Origin: Tubiluchus corallicola
Lineage: Eukaryota > Animalia > Priapulida
Direction: 5' to 3'
NCBI GenBank assembly: GCA_030141605.1
Contig: JAQGDQ010000048.1
Span: 372,001 to 436,000, forward strand
Length of the DNA: 64,000 nt
How positions within the stretch are numbered: position 1 is the stretch's first letter; every line of letters starts with the position of its first letter. Below the pieces are notes generated by a model that made no database searches, had not been told where the DNA came from, and saw only the letters and a list, made by a program, of their open reading frames with translations. Of this stretch, positions 38,086 through 51,500 are shown one piece after another. The position numbers and the translations under genes were made by a program.

Positions 38086-41000
38086 ATGGTGAGCATTGAG
38101 TTTTGTATAGTGGGAGAATTATCTCGGCTATTCTGGAAGTTGTGGTCCTACTAATTAACCCAAGGATTCTGTTACTCTTAATAATATTCTTAGAAATATG
38201 ACTGCAAAAAATTTAGTTTGCTGTCAACTAGCAATCCAAGATCCACCTCCTCAATCACTTTATGCATGTCAACATCACCAAAGCTGTATATGGCTGGGTT
38301 GGTCTGAGTACCCGCGTGCATCACCTTGCAATTACCATTGAGAGTGTTAAACTTCATTTGGCATTTATCAGCCCATGCAAAATTTGGTGCATATCTTCTT
38401 GATGCTGTCTCACTTGAATAACAGAATATATTACTGGATATTGTAATTTGGTATCGTATCATCAGCAAGCTTGAGTAGCTGTTTAACAACATTATCATCT
38501 ATGTGATCTACGAAGATGAGAATTAACAAGGTTCCGAGGACATTTCCTTGTGGCACTTCTGATAGAATTGGGATGGTTGACGAGGCACAACCCTCAACTT
38601 CGACATATTGGAATCTGTCACTTAGCCATGCTTTTATCCATTTAAGGAGTTGTCCATGAATGCTTATGCCTCAAGTTTAAGTAGCAACCTTCTGTGTGGG
38701 ACTTTGTTGAATGTTTTTGCTAAATCTGTATATACTAAGTCAAGAGGAATGCTGCAATCCGACTTGGAGAATACATACTAAAAAAGCTCTAGTAGGTTAC
38801 TTGTCACTGACGGTTTCTTGAGAAACCAATGTTGAGATCTGCTTAAATAATTGCAAGTATTATATTGACGACATGCCTCTTCAAGGGACCGAAATGTTTT
38901 TTCTTATCCAATACACACACTTTTACTATTTGATATGCTACCTCTTGAACATGGGTAATCATTTAACCCTCTTGTCAGGAGCAAAGTAGCGCACTAACCC
39001 AAGTACCACACTGTGTGATACACGGCTGCCTAAGTACCGCAGCAACAGAAACGGAACATGTTGACCTTAATGCAGAGTCAGTTTTACCTTTTTTATTTTA
39101 CAATTGTAATATTAAATTAATAATGAATAATTGATAAAATTTTAAGTTTAAATTTAATAAACCAACATTAGTGTAATTGTCATAAGGGTGAGAAACGTTT
39201 GATCTCCACAGCTAATAGTTTTTAATATTATAAACGTTTTAAGCTTAAAGAGACCAGCTCTGTTTGGATTAACTATAGGTGCTTACTTCTTCTGTGTAGA
39301 GTTTGGCATTTGAACCTCCTAACAAGTGTTTTGTAATTATAATTATGTACTGCTGCTTTGCCCTATATTATGCATTGATACACAATCTAATGCACAAGCC
39401 ATTACACTTTTATACAGTTTTTGTTTCATATTGTAATTCATAGGCACTTTATCTTGTCAGCAAGAATACTGTTAAAATGAAACTGGCGTAGCTAGTTTTT
39501 CGAGTTAAAGTTTATTATTAGTATTAACATTACATTATATTATTGTCTTTACAATGAATCAAGCAAGACAAATAATTCAAGTTTTAGATCGTTGATTTGT
39601 ATAGTGAGTACACAAATAAAACGAAATTAAATGCGATCAGAAACAACTTGTTCAAACACCATAGTACTTTACAAATAAAGCTCGCCTAATATTTTGATTA
39701 ATTATAATTTCATGTACAATGAAACTCAGTGCGGTACTTGGATAGCCTATGTACCACACTTGTTTTGCAGGGTGCGAATGTGCTACATGGGCTAATGCGC
39801 TACTTCACGTGCTACACCTCCATCACCTGAGCTATTTTCATTAGCAAACCACTCTTTCAGCATTTTATTGCTGTGGTGACAACCATAACTAACAGTCAAT
39901 AACACTACTTTGTGGCTTATCCATTCTACAGCCACTTTAGTATGCCATTGATGTTTTTCAGGCAACTGCAACAGTCTGTGATGTTGATCCAGAACTGCTA
40001 CAAAAATTAAAAAAGTTCAGATTTAAGCAGACAAAGGAAAATGCTGCTATTATTAGTAAGTGGAAACTTTAACTCTGTTGGCATTTGTTTTAAAATTTTA
40101 TTATTGTAGTTTTACTTGCAAGCATAAGGTGTTGTAGAGCTTTAGTTTCCGATTAGATCTTTGGTAGTCTAACATGAGTGACTAAAATGTTTTGACTTGA
40201 ACTCAATTATGAATAACGGGAAACTTATCTAAGGTGGTAAGCCTTTCATGCCAGTATCACTGATATGTTCATTAAACCTAACTTCACTCACAGCATTTGA
40301 AAGGATGCTACCTTTTCATAGTTACATAAATCGGTAAAAGTCATGTAAATAATCATGTTGTGTCGTGAAACTGTTTATCTATTCTATTTTTTACCACTTG
40401 ACAAAGCTAAAAGTTTTGTACAGTTCTTAAAATTTGGCAAGCAACAATTTTTTATTGCCCAAATCAATTGCCGCTTTATTTATAATTTAAAAAAATAATA
40501 ATTTTGATGTGTTTTAGATATAATGTAAGTCTAAAGCAAATTTATTCTAATTATATCATTTCAAATTTAAAGGTTTTGAAAGAAAAACAATTTTTTCTCA
40601 TTTCTGTCTAATTTCTAAGATTTGAGTATTTGGGACTCGACTTTTAATTTGACCTATTTGAGACTCAACTTTTAATTTGACCACTGAGACTGCTAACTCG
40701 GCTTTAGTTTGTCAAAAAAAGCTCGGGACTTGACTTTGGCTTGGCCAGAAAATCTGGGACTCTGCATGAGCTCGATGTGAAAAGTTACTGAAAAGGAAAT
40801 TACTATTTTTCAAGAATAACTTACGGGAAATCACATGTAGTACCACACAAACATAATTTCGCATTTGCACGGCTAGTTCTTCACCGTTACATGCATTTCA
40901 CCATTTGCTAGTTTGACGGGTACTTGCACCTACATTTCCGACACTCGTTTCAGAAAACAGGTACTATACCTCTCAGTTCAGAGTTATTTCAGTTGGGACG

Positions 41001-44000
41001 TAGTATGCATGTTGAGGAGAGCTCATGCATGAGCACATTGGTAAATTTAAATTTTGAACTTAAATTTACTGAGTTTTTAATTTTTATATATCACACTGAA
41101 TGCTTTACAGTAGCACTGTACTTCAATGTCGGCTTTCGCAAAATCGTGCTACACGCTCATGGAATGTTTGTGCTGTTGAAAATTATGATCAATTGTGGCA
41201 TCATCAAAGCTGGGCTCCCCGAAAGCTAATTAAGTTTTTAACCTATTATTTAATTATCAGAAACGTCCTGGCATTATTATAGGTATTAACACGTACACCT
41301 TTTACCATATTTCAAAATGGGGTAACATGAAAAATCATCCAGTTTTCTTTTAAGTTCAAAATGATCACGGTTCATGTGTGTGGATTTCTATTCAAGCTTT
41401 ACATAATGCTGGTAAATTATTTTAGTGTAACCTTGGTTGCTGAAATGTCACGGTTTTTAATATAATAAATTTGCGTGGGCTTACACAAAAACTTCCATAT
41501 TTTTATAGTGAAAATTGATGCTGAAAAACTTATGGTGATATTGGATGAAGAACTGGAGGTAAATTTTGGCATTCACTTATTACAACCTTAAACTAATACA
41601 TGTTTATGTAATATACGAGTATACAATAATTACATTGTTAATCTGTAAAATGCAGTATTACGTGATGGTGAGATCACAATGTTGAAAATTTAACTACAGG
41701 TCTTGAAATGTTTAGCATATTATTATTACATGCGACAACCTTATTGTGTTCACTTGCTTTCCAGGCTGCAATGTCCCATGCTCAAAGGGCACAGGCCAAA
41801 TATGTGCACCAAATTAAGTAGTTCAGTTCTGCTGTTGAGTTTTGATCATTCAGTTGTTTTGTTGAGCTACTATTTCACATAATGATTACAAATATATGAT
41901 AAAGTTTCATCATTGAAGTTTTCAGGGTATCTTTTGATATATAAAACAGTTGATAAGGCAGTACAGTTTAAAAATAATTTTTATAGCAGCAACATTTGTG
42001 TATTTTATCGGACTGTGGTTGATTGGTATTGATGAACAGCAAAGTTGATTGACCCATCAGTAGTTACCATTGACGGTTTACTTTAGGAATGCTCTATAGA
42101 GGAACTTAGGGAATCATTACCGGAACACCTGCCCCGTTATGTTGTTCTCATCTACAAGAACGAAACACATTCTGACGGACGAGTCTCATTCCCAATGTGC
42201 TTCATATATTTGAGTCCTCTTGGTAAGCGAACATGATATTTTTGCTGTTTACTGAATTACTATATGGCAGTAATGAGACAAAGGATCTTTTATGCTGTGG
42301 TTATTAACTAGATGGTTATACTGTGCATTTTTATAGTCGAGCATCAGCTATGATGAATAAGTGTTAAATTGCTTTCCAAAAAAAATATTTTCCTCTTTTA
42401 AGCTGACTGTGATCAGCTAGTAGAGTTACTTCAGGCTGAGACCTAATGCTCAATTTTGCAAAAGTTTTGAGTACTGCTTTATTATACCTCAAATGTGGGG
42501 TCAAAGGTGATTCGAAAATTACAAGTAAAAGCACAAACCAGTGGCAATTCATTTTTATTTGTAACAAAAAAGCAATATCCCAAATTATTTGTTATGTTCC
42601 TTTTGAAATTATTGTTTGTGGTTTAAGGATGTAAACCAGAGATGCAGATGATGTATGCTGGATCTAAATTGAATTTGGTTAATGAAGCTGGCCTAACAAA
42701 AGTAAGTTTTATAGGGCAACATTTTTAATTGTACAGGGCATGTATTGCATAAAATTATTACGCAAGTATTAGTGTATTGTTTATCATTTACATGGTTTTA
42801 CCCATTTCAATTTCATTGGAGTTGCAGAAATATAGTTTTTCTGACAGTCACCAGTCTACTTACTATCCAGGTCCAACTAAGTCAAGCGCACGGTTCCCTA
42901 AAAAATTTTGCCCTTGAAATGGGTAATATTATAGGCGCATTTAAGCATCAGATATGGATTCATTGACCTGGAAAATCTATATTTAGACACCAAAATCATT
43001 ATTCCATTATCCTGTATGCTCTGATAGCTAACATATAGCCATTTAAGCTAGCAACAGCCATATAGTTGGCCATCTTGAAAATTGCTGCCATATTGAATGA
43101 ATTTCGATTGACTCCATAATCAGGATTAATCACCTTAATGATCTCTAACACTGTGCAAAGTTTCATATTTTTGAATCAAAATGATCCATTCATTTTGGTC
43201 AAATGGTGGCCATCTTTTTTGACGTCATAATTATACCCTTTGCAGTGCTGAAATTTCAGACTAATTTGGGCATGTTATTCTCTGGACCAAATACTGCAAG
43301 GTAACACCAAAAAATGCTTTCTTGCAATTTTTTGGGGGTAAGTCAGCAAATTTACCCTACTAGTTATGCTGTCGGTATACACTTAATTATCTAGATTATA
43401 TGCTGTACACTCAACTAGATGCCGTACACACTACATGGCGGATAAGGAATTGTATCCAACAACATCATAAGAACTGAATACATGAAGTTTTCGCAAGCAA
43501 ATACCAAACTCCTTTTTGAAATTTGTGTAATAAAATATTGAAATACTAATCCTTTGTACATATTTTATATACACTTGGTATTGTATGCCAAATTTATTAG
43601 TGAATATAGATTGTTATCTTATACAAATATGTGATACAGTATTTTAAGCAAGCTAAACAAAGTTTTTTCGTCTGATAATTGCTGATTTGCTCTTACGCAA
43701 GTGTGTTTCAGAGGTAGTTATGCGTACAGCAAGTAGTTTCAGGACTTTGTAGTGGAAAAAAATTGGGTTGGAGTCTGGTGACTCAAAATGTTTTGAATAC
43801 ATATGCAAGTCCTTAGTAAAACATTTCATCACAAATGGAATTTTCAGGCAATTTTATAAAATTTAGGTCAAGGACACATTATTTTATTATTATTTAGGTC
43901 AAGGACACGTTATTTTAATTAATTAGTGCATTTCTCGGTATTCTCAGTTTTACAATGCAATTTTCTAGGTATTTGAGTTGCGTGATGTTGAAGAGCTGAC

Positions 44001-44040
44001 CGAAGAATGGTTACAAAGTAAATTGGCATTCTTCAGATAG
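38086..44040 (+). CDS. GMF: Glia maturation factor (ADF-H family), about 142 aa
   Basis: Exons 39962-40055 ([21 protein letters not shown]...NAAII), 41509-41558 (MKID...LDEELE), 42087-42222 ([10 protein letters not shown]...[12 protein letters not shown]), 42628-42701 ([14 protein letters not shown]) and 43969-44040 ([15 protein letters not shown]...stop). A phase-0 upstream exon must supply the ATG. The best candidate is caaaATG|gtgagc at 38086-38088, which is uncertain. Confidence 0.92.
38095..38860 (-). mobile_element. CR1-clade LINE ORF2 (RT) remnant
   Basis: Minus-strand fragments [57 protein letters not shown]...CKVMH...[30 protein letters not shown], broken by frameshifts. Confidence 0.85.
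38967..39815. mobile_element. piggyBac-like non-autonomous element
   Basis: Begins TTAA|CCC. Subterminal inverted repeats: aagtagcgcactaacccaagtaccaca vs tgtgctacatgggctaatgcgctactt, and ggctgcctaagtaccgca vs tgcggtacttggatagcc. The right GGG-TTAA end is not seen. Confidence 0.55.
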
Positions 44041-47000
44041 TTTCATCACCATTTCTTATAACTCAGCAAAAAAATTTACCTGGACACAATATTTACAGTA
44101 TATGCCTAAAAACTGTATGGGTATTGGCCTGGATAGTTAGCGTGAACTGATGTACAAGGAAAGTAAATTATAGGCTGTTAGATTTTGTTGTGTATGCGTG
44201 AAAAGATGTGAGCGTTTGAAATATTGGATACAGAGTGATGTTGGCGTGACCTTGCTAAATGCAGCAGCCAGACAAATTCAACTTCCAGTGTGTCATTCAA
44301 TAATTCATTATTAATTTTTGTAGCTGTTTACATTGTTGTCACTGATTACTTTTATGAGGCAACAAACACTTTCCTACATTAAGTAATGCAAAGTGCCATT
44401 TGTTGACAAAAACTGTATTAAGAAGTGCAGGCTAATACAAATTTGAACTCCTATGCCACTAATGTAAAAACCAAGCCAAATTTTATTCCATTATCATGAG
44501 CATATTGCCCCATTTACTGACCAGACCATTTACCTCTATAAAAAAAGTTTAATATGCAAACATTTAGACAGATAATCTTCTGGGCAAATTTTGTTGTGCG
44601 ACACGTAATTTTGAGTGATATCTACAAATTCCTTTTACTATTTTAATTAAAAGATCTAATTACAAATTACTAGTTAAATTTTTTGATCAATAACACCAGT
44701 TGGGTTTGAACATAACTATCACAGTTTTCAAAAACCCCAAACAAGGTTATGATAAACGTATATAATTGCCAAAGTTTATTTCGGAAATCGGCATCATGCA
44801 ACATTTCTCAAAGTCCATGTAATATATTTCCTTGTTACAAATAGTATGAGTTTTTGCTTTGCCTAATCTATAATAAAGTGTAAGAGCTATGTACTGTGTT
44901 CTTCTTAGCTCTGTATGTGTCATTATACTGTTTGTGCCTGTAATTTTAAGAGATTTTTTACAGCAAGTTTTACTGATTTGAATATTTTTAGAAAGCAAAA
45001 AATTGTCACAAAAATGAGTAACAGTTTGTCAATTGTTTCACGATACAAATGAAAGCTTTTATCAAAGCTTTGAGGTAAAAATGAATCTTTTTATCAATAA
45101 CTAAAACCCTAATAAAATATGAACGTTTTTGTTAAATTTAAAAACTTCAAGGTACATCTAAGCAGCAAATTATCAGCGATTTCGACCAGCCTGAATAGCT
45201 GACTGGGGATGTTGCAAGTATTATTACATACGATTGTCGCACGCATTTCACTCGTGTACTAATGTTACCATGCACACCTTGTTCTATACTCGATAAAATG
45301 TCTTCATGGATATAGTATGAATCATGCCTAAATTACAAAAAAACATTTTCGTCTCACGAAATGTATCACTGGAATTCAGCTGAAGTTACTTTTCTCTAGC
45401 CTACATTTTGTAAATACATGGTTACTACTGGCCATATGTTTATGAAAGTCGATGTTAATATTAACAGTTATTTCATCTTGTCTGATGCATAATTAATTAT
45501 ATTATAATATGTACATTTGTAACTGAATGACTGCAATTATTATATTTTTGCATATTCTAAAATTTAATATTTATCAAAGCTCCGTTTTTGAACTTCTAAT
45601 TGCTGTAATGTGTGTATATTGCTAAAATTGTTAAGCTTGAGAATTGGCAAAAATTCTCGGTATTAGCCAATATGCTATAGGTTTTGCACATACGACATAA
45701 TGTTCTAATATTTATTCATTTTTGCTGATTTGTTACACTAAAATTATAATATTTTTATAATATATTTTGTTATTGAAGCCACTTACGATAAAGTTACAGC
45801 TGTGAAAATAATAGCCAAATAAATATTTTACTGTAAAGTAAAAATTAAATGTACTGAATATTTTAATTCATAAGGAACAACTTATGAAATAGTAGAAAGT
45901 CAAATTCTCAGATAATAATTTATTCAATTGCAAATAAAGCTGCATATTTGACATAACTTCAACACGATTGCTATTTCTCCTCACCGTAAAATAACAAAAA
46001 TACAAAGGTAAGTGACAATGGCTTGAAGTTACTTCAAGCTTTTGGAGTCTTGCAGAAATACATTTATGCTTCAGTTGCTACAGTCAGTTTTGTCTAGTCA
46101 AATGAATTTCAACAGACTTTCTTTATTAAATAATTACAAATTATATTAACATACACTACACACTAAGCTACAAGCACACCTTCATAAGCAACACAAAATG
46201 ACAGTTGTGCTCACATTAGTTTCTCAACTTTTTACAGAAGCGCGTTTATATCAAAAACTTAATATACACAACAGTGCCAGTTTGTCTCTGCATTTTTATT
46301 ATTTTAAAAAGTAGTATTTCGCAAGTCTCACTACAATTGCATTGTTGTCTTAATCAATATGATTTGGAGGTCAAGATAAAGTAAATAATATCAATACAAT
46401 TCAAATTTACATTTACAACATTTCACAAATTGAAGTTTAATTAAAGTTGTGAGTTTTAAGAATAAAGAATTTCATATCCTTACAGTCATTTCTAGTGCTG
46501 ACATGTGATATTATAAATGAATCTTTACAAAGTAGAGTTGCTATAAAAAACACAACCAAGATAAAACTATATTGTACATACTGAAATCCTTTAGTATCAA
46601 TTAAAATTTCTACACTGTTTTTGGATCTGCAGATCTTTTTCAGCAGTTAACTAGTAAAAAACACATGTTTCAAGAATTTACTGTACATGTGCACTGATTA
46701 AATATATACCAGATGTAGAAAAATGTACTGTAGCTAAAGATGGTCCTGCCCATAGCCCGTCCCAAATGTGCTTATATATATATATATATACTTCCTATGA
46801 GTTTAGCACAAAACACTGCAGTAGAACCAGAGTTTGGCATCAAAAAAGCAAAACTAGAGGTTTTGTGTTGTGATTTTTTTCTTCTAAACCTTTACGACTT
46901 TGTTAGCAGTTAAAAAATATGGACAATGATATATTCGGTATGGAACTTAGCAAATAACTTGTTAATGGTGTCCGATTCCTAAACAGCAAAGAACTAATGG

Positions 47001-48539
47001 TAAGCAAAGCTAAAGGTTTTGTGTCTAGCCATGTATTAGCAAATTCGTCTAACAACTAAAAACTGTTTTAATTTCTAATATGGCATGAATCAAGGTCATG
47101 TTAAGATTACAAACCAAACATATTAACTTAACACTCAATGAAATGCCTTTTATCAAAATTATGCATACTTAATACAGCCTCGAATTTAAAAGATGTCATC
47201 CTTAGAACACATTCACATGTGTTCAGCTAGAGGAAATGGTAAAACGGGTTCCCTAAAAAAGTTACCCTGATGAAGGCAGCAATATAGTCACAAGGTTCAC
47301 TCAGCAAACTCAACAAGCATTGATCTTAGTTACACAAATTGCATATGAGCCAATCCAGCAGCAATATAAGATTTGCAGTTGTTTATCACACACAGGTGAC
47401 CATATGTAAATATGTAACTCAGCAATATGGCAAATGTAAGTAGTGAACCCACTAATGATATGCTATATATTAATTACGAACAAACTGAAAGTAATTGATG
47501 TTTCACAGTATATACATTATTTTATTAATTACATGAACAGTTTAGAACAAAAATCAAATTCAATTTAGATATAGGCTGCATTAAACTGAAATATTTGATA
47601 TTATTAGCAGTACTTTCGACAAAATGCGTTTTGCTTACTAGTCAATGCAGCTGCTAGGGGTCATTAATTTAGTATATTAGCTGAATTGACAACAATCAAA
47701 AGCATTTGGAGATTAACTTAATCAAGGCACTTGGTGGGACTAGCCCAAATCTAATATCATTTGCCGTCCACACACTATATGCGAATGACAGAATAGCATT
47801 TTCCTTTCAACAATTCCACAGAATTCACTGCTAGATGTTAACTTTATTAATTGCTTTCTAATACAAGTGAAGTACATGCATTATATATACACTTTGCTTT
47901 CACTTGCTTTTTGTAAAATAATAGAAATTTGTTTACCATATATCTACTTGTTTGACAACTATAATTATTAATAACTGCAGAATAATCATATTTAACAAAC
48001 AATGTAAAATAGAACAGAGTCACATACTTATATGGTGAAACAACAAAGATTAAATAAAAGTGGTATTGTTAATTCATCAGAATTGAAAAAGTCTCACATT
48101 ATAATAAAAAATAATTAAAAACGTGTATAAATTGTTCTGTTTAATGATGTTTGACATTACATAAAAGGCATAACAGAAATGTAACAATTTTAGTAATTTA
48201 CGCTTTATGTCCGTTCATCGTAGCTATCATTTGTCAACTAATAAACAATGAGGGCAAAAAGTTACTGTCAGTAAATCCCATAATAACAAGCATAAAAGAA
48301 CAAGGATGACAAGATTTGGTGTTTTGTATAGAAGGCAAGTATTTTGTTAGAATTTGTTAGAAACATTTGCTATAATGTAGACACAGAAGATCACTGATCT
48401 ATTCAGTCAGCAGGAAAAGTGTAAAGTTCAGCAAATCAGTGTTCTTCACCATCAATGTGCTTGAATATGTGTGAAAGGTAATATTACAGGACTACTTTAC
48501 TGGTCATGCAGCAGAATTCAAATTTGATTTCCTAACATC

Positions 48540-51500
48540 CTAGTTGCTAACTAGCACGTATATCATACTGAAACAAAAAATATAGGCATTTAAGATTGTT
48601 AGAAATAGTGATAAATATAAATGAAATTCTTTGATTACAAATTGCATGAAACGGTGAGACATTTGGCATTTGAGCCAATATTTTTTGAAAAATACTGTAA
48701 CAACTTCAAACAATGTGGCAACTACAAAAGAATGTAACCTAAAGCTACGGCTGTACAACACTACTATAAAAAACAACACAACATTACTATAAAATGCAAT
48801 GTAAAACCTTAATTATTGATTATTATGGATATAGTTATAGGAAATTGATTGTTGTGGTAATTTTCTTAACAAATTGTGAATTTAGAATTTCTATAAAAGG
48901 GAAGCTTTACATTGGAAATCGTGATAGCAAATAAAAAATTTAAATTAAGTAGGATACATTATGTTCAAGAGTAAACTTCTCAAGAATAGTAATCACCCAC
49001 ATATTTGACGACACAGAAAAAAGTATTTAAACATCTCTTGCAGAAAACACAGTTAGTAAGTTGGACACTGAATTTGCCATTTCAAATAAGTTTTTATGTT
49101 AATATAACATGAATAGAAATAGTCATTTCACAAAGGTTAGTGCAATGGTCTAAGTAGAAAGACAGGTTTGAGACTGTCAAATCTGTATAACTCAGCTCTG
49201 GGACTATAGAAATTGTTCAGAATTCAGCAAAATTCATGAGGAATGTATCTCCTAGGGCCAGACAACTGTGACAACATGTCATGGAGAGAAACTGGGTTCA
49301 ACGATGTATAGAACTCAGTCAAGTCATATTCAGATAATTATCATTCAAAATCTTGCTTAGCTAGTTGTACGCAATTTAAGGTATAATTTACAATTCAAAC
49401 AAACACAGTGCCTATTTGCAAAACGGACTGCCGGCTTTTGTACATGCTCCTTGAACCTGCTGATTACCTTTTAACTTTGCCTTTCAACAGGTTCACCTGA
49501 GAAAGGTTATAACTGTTTGGTAAAATACTAACTCACCGTCGACAAATGTATGAAATGTGATAAAACATGCTACAATATTTTAATTTTATCTAGCTGATGC
49601 ATACAAACAATTTTCACAGGCCAGTAAAAGTTGCAGTCGTGTAATGAAAGTAACGTAGACTTATAAATAACGTTGGTAAATATGTCACTACACAAAACAG
49701 AAAATGATCTCACCTACCTGTATAAAAAGTAGAAAAATGAGAGCAAGTAGAAACCCATCTTAACCCAACCCTCTCTCTGACATCGTGATAACTCGTCTGC
49801 ATTCATAATAGTTGTGGGATCATACAGACCAGGACCACTCATAACAGGTCGATGCATGTACCTAAAGCAATTGCATATATGACAAGATATAGCACTTGCA
49901 AAGATGCTCGCATTTTGCAAAAGAAATTTCTTAACATTTATGTTACATACACCGTGGATTAGAGAAACAAGTTTCATAAATTTTCAATATTATTTTTTTA
50001 CGTTCAGAATCAGTTTATACCTAAAAAAACTTATATTAGAAAATGCTCAAACAAAAGCCACACTGACTTTAAGGCATACATCATTATGACATTTCCATCT
50101 ACTGGATATATGTAAAATAATTGCTGCTTCTGATGAGTTAAGAGTCTGTTTATAATAGTGGTTATAGCTGCTTGCTGGTTATTGTTGTTTATTGTATGGG
50201 TGGCTGTGGCTCGTGAAGATTGCGCGTCAAACAGCCACGATGGGCATGACAAACTATCAAGACTTTGTAAACTTCGCATTTATTAAAGATCAAACACAAC
50301 ACGGTAAACATAAGAGGATAGTAATGCCAGCCCTCCATCTTCAAGTCAGTTCCTAATTTCCTCGAGGTGCGGTCCTCAAAGTCCTTTAGTCTAACTACCT
50401 AATGCGCTATGAGCTTCTGCATACAAGAATTACATCATCAATTTTTACTTCTGAGTCAGCCGGTCGAACATCATCAGATCACCTGATCATCACATGCTCT
50501 GCCAAAACGATAGTTTAATCTTGCATTGTCAAGCACTTAATCTTAAGTTATTAATTTAATAATTTAATCACCAGTTTCATCAAAATCACAATGCACAAAT
50601 CACAAGAGCTTTCCCTTACTTATATTGCAATTTTATTTTTCCAGTTTGAAATAATTTAATTTACAATTTCTGAATAAACACTGACAAATTACTAACATTT
50701 TCACGATTGAAATAATTTCACATTTTTCACATTGATATCTAGCCCTGTGTAACTAATCACAGATAAAATTCTCAACTTGTAAAAGTTAAGTTCAAAAGTT
50801 TATAGTTCATAAACCCCCAGAAATTGCAGTGCATAAATTAAATGCATATTAAATGCAATGAGTAAAAAGACAATAAAAGTTCAAATCATTTCATAATACC
50901 TGTGGACATGATAAGCCATAAGAGGTATATTTAGCAGAAGACTAAACCATTCTCCAGCAACCAGGAACAAAAAGTTGAAAAAGAAGTGGATGACATATTC
51001 AATCAAAACAAGCTGAAAATAAACATACGTAAACATTAGCTTCATCACTAAACAGTACATTAAAAAATAATTAATTACTACCCATTCTAGGATAGATACA
51101 TTTGTCATTTAACAAAAAACATTTAATCAGTGCTTCTCTTTTCAAATATCCACGGGAGGTATAGAAAATTCCCTTGAAATTTTCAAGGTAACAGATTTTA
51201 AGATTTTTCTTTCTCATTCTTGTCCATCTAATAACATGGTAAATATCTATGATGACCTTATATGACACTGATGTAATTATTATTCACACTGTATAAATCT
51301 GTTTGTGTTATGATCCAGTTACTCTATCATAAGGCATGGGAGTGCATAAGGAACACTGAAGTTATTTGAATCTGACAGCATAAAAAAACTATTTTGCGAG
51401 AGTGATTTTGGCAAGTGGGGAGAACAGCAAAAGGTGCTTTTAAATTCAAAATAGCATGGGCACAATGGGGCAGGAGGACGAAGGTGCCCAGCAAAAAAGG

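Noticed and set aside
42850-43345. Interspersed repeat-like segment with ggccatcttg motifs (similar fragments near 23560-23750, 40630-40775, 56500-56880)
   Set aside because: Probably transposon debris, but termini and family cannot be established by eye.
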